A program made the translations under genes and the position numbers. DNA of 64,000 bases from NCBI GenBank assembly GCA_001179505.1, contig CDMY01000452.1, forward strand, positions 10,088-74,087, in the 5' to 3' direction. Source of the DNA: Vitrella brassicaformis CCMP3155. Taxonomy: Eukaryota; Protista; Chromerida. The notes beneath the pieces were generated by a model. That model was not told where the DNA came from, did no database searches, and saw only the letters and a list, made by a program, of their open reading frames with translations. This document shows, piece by piece, positions 51,328 to 61,295 of the stretch (the stretch's first letter is position 1; the number at the start of each line of letters is the position of its first letter).

Positions 51328-53051
51328 TTACACATCGAGGTCCGTTATCAGTGTGCTGCCGGGGGCCGGTTGGACACCCGCGTGATAGCACCCACAGTTG
51401 GTAAGCGTGCCGGCCTCCTCGAGCTCAAGGGGCCGCACCGGGTAGTTGAGGGCCACGAGGAGAAATGGTGGGATGCCCAGGTCCCCCCGCTGGTATGACC
51501 TCTCCTCCTTGGTGCCCTTCTTGCCTGCTGCGAGAGAGTCCGGACCGAGGGGCAGCCCGAAGTAGAGTGAAGGGTCGGCGGGCTGCAGGTGGACGCCGTC
51601 CTCAGTCAGAGGGGGCAGCGGTGGAGGGGGCCACGGCATGCCCTGTGGGGGGCCGCAGTCACGCGACTCCACCTGCATGGATGGACAGGCAGACAGACAT
51701 ATGGGGGGTCGGCTGACACGCCAGGCATGAAATCGCTTCTCATGCACTTACCCAGCCCATGATAGCCCCGGGTCTGCATATCTTGCGATCCTTTTGGCCG
51801 CAGAAATAGCAAACTCCTCTGACGATTTTCTCGTCTCGAGGGTATCGATCCAGCCACAGAAACGCGCGGCATCCCGGGATTTCACGGCAAAGGTCATGGC
51901 ACTGCTCTGTCGTGACGTTCTCGACCCCCTGCCGATGATGGTGACGCGAGGTGGGATAGAGGCACGCCATCTGACACACACATACACACGCGATGACTGG
52001 CACTTTGACGCATGGTCGTGTCATCCTTTGTGTTTGTCCTCACGCACATTGTACTCGTAGCATGGTGACACGAGGGAGCCTGACAACCACACACACAGAC
52101 GCAGCGAGTCCACGGACTCATCCATCTCTGGTTTTCTTGTGTGCGTGTGTGCTAGTGGCTGGCTGGCTGACCTTTGTCGCCGTCGGTTGAGAACTTGTCG
52201 CCAGAGACATACCAGTTGACATCGCCGCCCTCGCTCTCCTCCTCAGGCGCGTCACGTCGGCCCTGCACTTGGTCTCTGAAGAAACAGCCCTCCTTGCGGC
52301 TGAAGGTCCATGCCTTGCACTGCTCGTACACCTGGCAACCTGGCACACACCAACCACATGGACACCATGACTGACCGACCGATGCAGCGTCGTGTCGTGA
52401 CTGCCCATGTATGTGGCTCATTTCCATGACTCATTTCCATGACTCCATCCACAACCATACCTCGCTGGCAGTCGCTGCCACACACAGCACATCCGTTGTG
52501 TGCGTGGGTGGGTGTTGCCTTCTTGTGTCATCTGTACGTGCTCACTAAGGTCGTTGGACAATGTGGCCGAGCGCATTGACATCAAATCCGACAGCAGGGG
52601 TCTCGCCGATCTTGTCCTCGAGGCCTATTGTAGTCACATTGACGGGCTCTGAGAGGTCCTCTCCCTCAAACACAGTGTCCCTGAGGGAGACGCAGTCGAT
52701 CAAACCGATCACACACCCAGGCAGGCAGTCGTGAGCGTCTGTGTGTTCCTTCCTCTCTTCATCCACGCCGCGCAGGTGCATGTGGACGTACCATTCGTAG
52801 CAGGAGGCGTCTGGCGGTGGTGCAACTGTGACAGTCGAGCAGTCGCCAGATCCGCTGCCTTCGCACACACGGTCTTGATCTGTACGAGCAAACAAACACG
52901 CAGATGAATGGATGCTTCCGAACCCACCCTGCGCCTGCCTGTGCCCACCCACCCCTTGTGGCTTACCAGCGTATCCATACATTCTCCCCGATGAGTACGC
53001 GCATCCGAAGAGGCTTGCGTACAAGATCAGCACCAGCATCCCGACCACCAT
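51328..53051 (-). CDS. Secreted protein with 2-3 PAN/Apple domains
   Basis: Signal MVVGMLVLILYASLFGCAYS; DCVSLRDTVFEGEDL; CQVYEQCKAWTFSRKEGCFFR; CHDLCREIPGCRAFLW..GVCYFC. Confidence 0.75.
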
Positions 53052-53149
53052 CCCGAATGCAGCACAAGGAAGGGCCCCTCAAGGAGAGAGATCAGAGAGA
53101 TCCCCTTCTCCTCTACCGGCTTAGCTCGCAGACTCCCCCCCCTTTTGCA

Positions 53150-54493
53150 ATGGTGAGCGCCTCTATACCGCCTTGCCTCTGTTCATCTGTCCCTGCATGA
53201 TGTTGTCCTTTGTGTCAGGTTCGCGCGGGCAAGGTTGGCAAGGGTTTCGGTGCAGATGATGAGGAGACGCCGCGCGATGGCGATGACGAGGGGCCGCCAT
53301 CGCAGGAGGAGGCCGCCAAGCGCATCCAGGCGAGGGCTCGGGGCATGCTCGCACGGCGGCTGATGCACGAAGGCCTGCCAAAGGAACACGTCAAGGCAAG
53401 TCATGGGGGAGAGAAGGGCACGACTGTCACGGTGATCCCGGGTGGTTGGTTGTTTGTGCAGTTGCTGGAGCAGATCTCAGCTGAGGAGGCGAGACGGCAA
53501 TTTGATGCTTCAGCTGAAGCACAGGCAGGTCAGCAGCGAGAAAACGGGCCTGCCTGTGGGGGGAAATAGCGTCATCGAGCGGTGCGTATGTTGGTGCAGT
53601 TGGTCAGTCTCCGCTTGGGGGAGCCCGTGAGGAACTGATGAAGAGCTCCATCAGCTTCACTGAGGTCCTCGGGGCCTCCAAATACCTCCATGAGCAGAAC
53701 CTTGCGGACCTCTTCAGAGTGAGCCGTGAGGAAAGCTACACGTCTATGTCTCTGCGAGTGAAGGGCGTTCGTTGCCTGTCCGGCGTCCGCTGCCTGTCTG
53801 TCTGTCTGTCTGTGCTCCCTCCCCCAGGGTCTCTTGTCGAGGGTGCTCCTCCACAGGCCGACGGATGTGCGCTCATTCCTGCTCAAGGCACGGACAGATA
53901 CATATACAAGTACATGTATCTCTTAAGTGATACACACACTACAAATGCAGGAACTGGAGGCGATGCGCGGCGAGAGTGACGCAGCCTTCAAGGCCCAGCC
54001 GCCCCACGCGAGCGTCTCGTCGGCCATCTTGACCCGGCAGGACGCGTCGGCGCTGTTCGGCATGCTGGGTCGGTGAGATGTGTGACTGTCGTCTGGCGGC
54101 ATGTCGCATCGATTTGTATGTTGCCTTGGTATGTTTAGATCCATTGCGCAGCGGGTTTGCTGAGAGGTCTTTGGTGCTGCAGCTGCTGTGTCGCCTGGAG
54201 CCAGCGACGGAGGGCGAGTGGGCTGCACAGGTGAGAGGAGGGAATTCGAAACTGGTGCACACACATTGCACGATCGGTGCGACCCTATGTCTCTGTCTCT
54301 GTCTGTCATGTATGTGGGCAGTGTTTGTCTGACGCCGTTGAGCGGCAGGGGGCGAGGGGCACCAAGGGCAAGGTCAGCAATCATGGCAACACACATCGAG
54401 ACAGACACACGGGATGTGCGCTTTAGTTGGTGTTTGCTGAATGCTGCACTGCACGCTGCAGATAACGGAGGACATGTTCGAGCGTGCGCTTGA
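53150..54493 (+). CDS. IQ-motif + RIIa/Dpy-30-like + EF-hand protein (EFCAB10/radial-spoke-like)
   Basis: AAKRIQARARGMLARR (IQ); ASKYLHEQNLADLFR|GLLSRVLLHRPTDVRSFLLK|EL (RIIa-type docking helices); DASALFGML|DPLRSGF (EF-like); 3' end uncertain. Confidence 0.7.
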
Positions 54494-55529
54494 GATTATG
54501 GGTTTCATCGCAGAGCAATGACAATCGACCGACCGGGAGGATGGATGGATGGATGGATGCTGCTGTGCTGTGCTGTGTGTGAGACGTTCATTCTTCAGTC
54601 GTCATTTTGTGATGGACGAGTGGTCGATTTGGATTTCAAGAAAGCGTGTGATGTCTTTCTGTGTGCGTGCAGGTGAGACGGTGTGTGTGCTCATGCACAT
54701 CAATATCTTATATTGAGTGGCTTTCCCACCATTCCGTCCGAAAGTCACATTGTCAGTCAGTGTGCACCAGCGTACGAAAAGCAAGCGACCACACGCCACC
54801 CACACCGGCATCCCTCCACACATCCACCAGTGCCGCGAGTTGCTGCGTTACAACCAAACCAAACTGTCGACAAGACAGAGGGGGGGCGGCTGGGGGTGAG
54901 TGAGTGAGTGAGTGGAGAGATATACACACACCGCACTCATGGAATATCATCATACGCCAAAGGACACTCAATACCAACGACACTCAGGCTCCCGCGAAAT
55001 ACAACACACTTAGAAAACCCCAGGGAATCACATGATCCATCCAACGCACCCACCACTCCAGCCAATCTACAGGCAGACAGACAGTCGTGTGGGGCCGTCA
55101 GTGGGCAGCCACTTGTGGGTGTGGGGATGCAAAGAGGCGTCAAGGAGGTGCGTGCTGACATTGTGTGTGTGCGGACGATACGACCCGACAAACAGAGAGA
55201 GACGTCGACAGAGAGACAATGAGAGAGTCAGCCACGTGTGTGTCTCAGAGCCACCACCACACTTCGGTGGATGGCCAGCTATCATCAGCTGGCACCTGCT
55301 ACACCAATCTAAGGAAATTCTCGGCGAGAGACAGGGAAAGAAAAACCGTTAAAGATGAATCGATTTTCTGCGTACGCATTCCACTCGCCGAATTGTCCGC
55401 GTATACTCGGAATGAGAACAAGACCTTCCTGCCGTGCTGCAAGAACAAGCTTAATTGCAGCCATGTCGCCTCTGTTTGCAATTGTGTTTACAGCTGATGC
55501 CGGCAAGCTGATTGCTGGCCGAGGACTCT

Positions 55530-58500
55530 CGATGTCAATGTGCCCGACTACAAGCATGAGATTGACGCCCGTGAGGAGCACTCTCGTGAGTCTGGTCAAG
55601 AGATTGTGCCCGCCGAAGACGCCGACGTGAGCAGCCGAGAGCATTGCTACGCGTGTGTGCTGCTTCACTGATGTTGACTGGCCATCCGATTGTCTGTGTG
55701 TTTGTCTGTTTGTGTTCGCAGCTGATAGCGATAGACGTCTGCCGCACTCGCCAGGGCTACGGGCTCTTCCAGGATGAGAAGACCCAAGACGACCTGAAGG
55801 CTGTGTTGGCACACTACTGTGCCAAGCGCCAGCCTGAGATCCACCACTATAAGCAAAGTATGCTATGCACCCACACGACAGCTGCACGCAGCTGTCGATA
55901 ATTCATCTGTTTATGTCTGTTTGTCTGTGTGTGGTTCACACAGGCACCAATGAGATCCTGGCGCCCTTCTGTCTGCTGCAGCCCTACCCAAGCCGTCCGC
56001 AGCTGTTGGGCTGCCTGGACATGGTCATCCGCAAGCTGGCGCCGCGGATGAGCCACGAGGCCGAGGAGACCATGTCGAGCATCTCCCCAAAGGCGCCATT
56101 GAAGCCGCTCCACCTCATGATCGAGGCCTCCAAGTACGGGCAGTGTGGAACTCTGATCGGTCAGTCACTGTCGTTGTGCGTGTGTGTGTGTGTGTGTGTA
56201 TGTGTGTTTGATCAGACTGCTGCTACGGTTCCACGACCCTCTGCTCAGCAAGTTTCTCCACGACCAAGAAGTCGTGCAGGACAGTCACCTCCTCAAGTGA
56301 GCCACACAAGCGGCAGCCTCTCTCCCTCTCGCACCGACGGCCGTGTGTGGCGCTGTGTGTGTTGGGTACATGCAGGTGGTATTCCACTCTGTTCACGAGG
56401 GTGCTTCGAGGACGTGCACAATGTGCTGGGCCTCTGGCGGGCGTGCCTCGACCACAAGGTGCGTGGGTGTGGACGACACAGACATGCAACGACACGCGAT
56501 CAGCTCGTCCCCTGCTGTCCTCCCTCGTGTGTGTGTGCCTGGTCAGCCCTCGCACTCCAAGATTTACTTTGTCGGGCTGGCCTGGCTGATGATCATCCGC
56601 CAGAAGCTACTCAGCAGCAAGTTTGACGCCCTCCAGCGATTCCTGCTTGGCAGATTCGACACACACAGTGGGCAAATCATCTGAGGGGCAAAACGGCACA
56701 CACAGCGATCGGTATGATGTGTGTGTGTGTGGGGGGGGGGGGGGGGGGNNNNNNNNNNNNNNNNNNNNNNNNNNNNNNNNNNNNNNNNNNNNNNNNNNNN
56801 NNNNNNNNNNNNNNNNNNNNNNNNNNNNNNNNNNNNNNNNNNNNNNNNNNNNNNNNNNNNNNNNNNNNNNNNNNNNNNNNNNNNNNNNNNNNNNNNNNNN
56901 NNNNNNNNNNNNNNNNNNNNNNNNNNNNNNNNNNNNNNNNNNNNNNNNNNNNNNNNNNNNNNNNNNNNNNNNNNNNNNNNNNNNNNNNNNNNNNNNNNNN
57001 NNNNNNNNNNNNNNNNNNNNNNNNNNNNNNNNNNNNNNNNNNNNNNNNGGGGGGGTGTTGGATGTGCTGTGTGCATCAGATCCGCGTCGGTTCCCGCTCA
57101 GTGACCTGGTGTGTGAGGCAGTGAGGCTGCTGAACATGACCCCGCAGTCCATCCTGAGGCTCCTCGACAAAGTCACGTCAGGGAGGTACGTATGCACCGA
57201 ACGAAAGGCACACACTCACATCCATCCAGCCACCTCACGCCCGGTTTACTTATTGTCGTTGTTCAGCGGGCCGTCCTCCCCGGCCGCCGTTCCCCTGCCC
57301 TCCACCAGCAACACCACCACCACGACCAAGGCCACCAGCCAGCTTACCACCCTGGTGGCGCGAGTGCCCACTGAGGAGTTGCCACCATGCTGCCTGCACG
57401 TCAAGGCGAGGGACGTCTTGGACGGCGCGGAGGGGGATGTGGTACTCATTGACACGGCGCCGCCGCAGCTGCGGTTCACCGACGGCCTCATCGGGAGGGT
57501 GACGGTGCTCCAAGTGGATATTGAGGACACACAGGTTGGCTGAGCCAGCATCCAGCCAGCAACACGTGTGAGTGTTCCCTTTTTCTCTTTCTCTCTGTTT
57601 GTACGTCGCATGCAGTCGGTGAATGGCCTCATCGAGAGCTGCCTGGCCACCCAGCGCGCCCTCAGCGACACCACCCACATGACGCTGTTCGCCATAGCCA
57701 ACCAAGACGGCACCATCATGGACCACAGCCACACGGACGACAGCGAGGCCCCCACGCCCCTCTCATCAGCCCCCGCCACCCCACACGACACACGGAGTCC
57801 CAGAGAGCCGCTGGGGCGGCTCGTGGGCACCTTAGTCCGGCAGGGTGTCAGAGGTGAGGGACGGGGAGCCACTCGATGCGACAGGTCAATTATCCATTGG
57901 TTCGGTTGGCTTCGTGTTGTGTTGTGGCTGGTCGATCCTTCATGCAGGAGTGGCGTTGCTGAGTGGGGGCATTGAGGCGCTGGTCAAGGCGACAGACGTG
58001 GCGACAGTGTTTGGCGTAGAGATGTTGGACAACCTGACAGTTACGGTGAGCCATATACACTGAGGGGGCGACGTCTGCTTGTCTGGCCATTCGTTCGTTC
58101 GGTTGTGTGTGTGTGTGTGTGTGTGTCTGACCTGGCAGTGCGGGTGGAGTGACGGCGAGCCCATTGCTGATGTCGTGGGTCCAACGACACCCGGCTACTC
58201 CTGCACCGACATCGACACGGGCAAGGATATGACCGTCTACCGATACACCGACCACACTGCCCAGGTAAACAGGTGCACTTACTGCGACCTCTGTCACGCC
58301 GGTATTCTCTCTCTCTCTCTCTGTGTGCGTGCGTGTGTGTGTTTGCGACTGCAGAGTGCGAGGGAGGTACGTGTGTTGGAGCGGCTCTATGGCTGCCCCG
58401 CTGTGCTGCCTGTGGTCACGTGTGTCACGTCAAACAAGAGGCGCACTTGTATCTCAGTGCAACACGTCAAGGGCAAGACGGTCGTCCAGCTCCGGTCAGA

Positions 58501-60860
58501 AAAAGGAGAGAGGGAGAGAGGGAGGGAGATCAGGGAGATATTTGTTTGTTGTGGCTGCTGTGTGTGGATGGGTGCAGTGATCGTGCCAAGGAGGCCGGCG
58601 AGAGCGTGCAGCTTCGAGATGAGGCGTTGGCCTCGATTGCGCGTGAGATACTCATGCAGATCGATGAAATACAGAAGAGGTATGGAGGACAGACAGGCGG
58701 GGAATGATGGGAGTGTCCATGGGCGTGTGCTGTGGGCTGTGTGCGTGTCAGAGGGCTTGCTGTTCTGAAGCTGACGCTCGAGGACTTAGTGGCCGTCCCG
58801 GCCTCCTCGCCAGACGGCAGGAGGTACTACAGGGTCTCCCTCCGCCTCCCCATAGATGCCACCTTCCCAAGGTACGGACTGTACACTCAAGGTACGGACA
58901 CACACACAACGACAAACATGACAGGTGCATGAATGCTCTTGATGCTGCCTATAGGCTGTCTGCCCGTCGGCGTTCATTTCATTCTCAGCTGTGACTTGTT
59001 GTTGTCTTTGCTCGAAGACGATGGAAGCGCAAGACAAGGAGAGGCACGCGTCGAGCAAGGACATTCTGCCCGTTTCAGACAGAGAGGTGGGACGGAATGT
59101 GCTTTGCTTGAGGCTTCACGATGACTGGCCAGCAAAACATGTTTGCTTGTGTTTCGCTTTGTGTTGCCGCTTTGCAGTTGATGCAGTTGGTGACGGAGGA
59201 CCTCAAGCGAACTCGACAGGACTAAGCCCTCTTGAGGTTCACTACTGCGCGATGAAACAGTATCACTACAAGCAAAGGTATCCGCACAACACCTCCCAGG
59301 CACAGAAAGGGCAGTTCAGTCGGTCTTGATGATGCATGGCTGCGTGTGTGTGGCTCATTAGGTCACAATGAGATCATCGCGCCGTTCTGCCTCTTGGTGC
59401 CCCGCCTGACCCCTGCAGCCCTGCTCGGCTGTCTAGACAACATCATCTACAAGATGGCGCCACACGTCTGCGACGATGACGCCCAGCCCATGAGCCTGTC
59501 CCCGCAGCAGCTCATGTCGCAGGCCACCAGGTGGGTTAAGTGGGATGGGGAAGAGGCGTCAGTCACATCACAGGCGTCATGATGTATATCCGTGCTCGTC
59601 TTGTCTGTGTGTGTCTGTGTGTGTCAGAGTCCTGCTGCAGTTCCATGATCCGGAGTCAAGCAGTCGTCTGGACAGCCTGGACCTGACGCCCGACCAATAC
59701 GGGCACTCGTGAAGTGAGCCACACATTGGCAGCCTCTCTCCCGTCCACACACAGACAGAGATCGTGTGTGTGTCTCGTGTGTGTGCGTTCAGATGGTTCT
59801 CGACGCTGTACGCTTCATGTTTCAAGAACGTCTTCACCCTGCTTGCCCTCTGGCGGGAATGCCTCAGCCGGCATGTACGGACTCACGACACAACACAACA
59901 CAAAATACGATAAAATCAACTCCTTTTCATGTGTTATCATGTCAGGCGTCAGAGACCATGGTCTTCTTCGTCGCAGCTGCCTGGCTGACCATGCATCGCC
60001 AGCTGCTGCGGAGTGAGGGCAGTGAGGGCAGCGGGCAGGTCTACAGCTTCCTGTTTGGGGTCTTCGACGACGACTGCAGTCCGTCGACAGAGGGGGCGGC
60101 CGACGGACGGGGTGAGCGAAGGAGGGGAGAAACGGCACACACGACGAGGTGATCTTGGCATATTTGTGTGTGTGTATGTGTGTGTGTGTGTGTGCATAAG
60201 AGCGTCCTTCCTTCCCTTTGCCGAAGCTGATGTCGGAGGCGCTGGAGCTTCGCGTGGCCACGCCGTCATCGTTTCTCGCGCTCCTGGCGGCCGTGTCGGG
60301 GCGGTACGCATGCACCGAAACGCACACGGCCCTTCTGTCGGTGTTCAGCCGCCCGTCTTCCTCGGCCTCTCCCCCCGCCCCCTCTACGAGAGCCACCACC
60401 GCCACCAGCCGAGCGGACACAACCCACTCCGACGGCGACGGCAGTCCCACCAGCAGCATCCACCTATCCATGGCCGCTCGAGCCCGCCACTCTGTTCTGC
60501 CTTCCCGTCGAGGTCAACGATGTCTTGGCGGCCGTGGAGCCGAGCTTGGTGGATGTGGGTGTGACGTGGCGTGTGACGCTTGTCGACACGAGGCCGCTGG
60601 GCGTGCGGCCCAACGAGTTGGATGAAACAATCGAGGTGGATGCGGTGGGGGTGCTGGTGTACCACGTCGACCCAGACGACACAGAGTTGCGTGCATCCAC
60701 GAAGTACACACGAATGCACGGAAAAATGTGTGGTGCGCATATATGGATGCATCGCTCAGTCGGTGGATGGTCTGGTCAAGAGCTGCCTCGACGCACAGAG
60801 AGACCTCCGCCGCTGCCATGCCGTCACCACACAGTGCAACACAACAAAACACTACAACAC
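55530..60860 (+). pseudogene. TBCK-like locus: TBC - rhodanese - pseudokinase - TBC - rhodanese, with several frameshifts and a stop
   Basis: IAIDVCRTRQ / YKQ|STNEILAPF; FHDPLLSKFL; WYSTLF; VALLSGGIEAL; kinase-like YSCTDIDTGKDMTVYRY, EVRVLERL, RGLAVLKLTLEDL; second TBC VTEDLKRTRQ, YKQ|GHNEIIAPF, FHDP, WFSTLY. Lesions at ~56400, 59223, ~59276 and ~60482. Confidence 0.7.
56749..57048. other. Assembly gap (300 N) within a G-run intron
   Basis: Run of n flanked by poly-G. Confidence 1.
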
Positions 60861-61295
60861 ACAGCGAGTCCTGCCTCTTTCCTACTTCCTTCTCTTGTGT
60901 GTATGTGTCCCACCATAGAGTGGAGAGCGATGACTATCGCTGCCTACATCTTATATCTGTTCGGAATCTGATTGAATGCCTCGTCCCCGATGCATGTATG
61001 TCTGCAAAGGACCGCTGAACGATGAGTGGTCTGCGTATGATGAACCGTCGGTGGTCTTCGCAATGTCTGTTGTCATTACACCTGTGCACCACCCCTGACC
61101 TCACCACACTCTCGTAGCCAAGTTTTCCATTGGAACGATCCTGAGCACCTGCGAGCCTGAACCTGCTGCGCGCTTCAGATCTTCTTCCAATTCTCCGGCA
61201 AGCTTCCCGGCGACGTCTGTGATGGCCAAGAAGCCACGGCTCATCCATCAACAGGGGCGAGGGAGGGAGAGAGCAGCGTTGTGATTCATCCACCG

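Noticed and set aside
60925-60960. Short match (atcgctgcctacatcttatat) to the IAAYILY-encoding DNA at ~13040-13065 and ~10510
   Set aside because: About 22 bp only, with no flanking similarity; could be chance.
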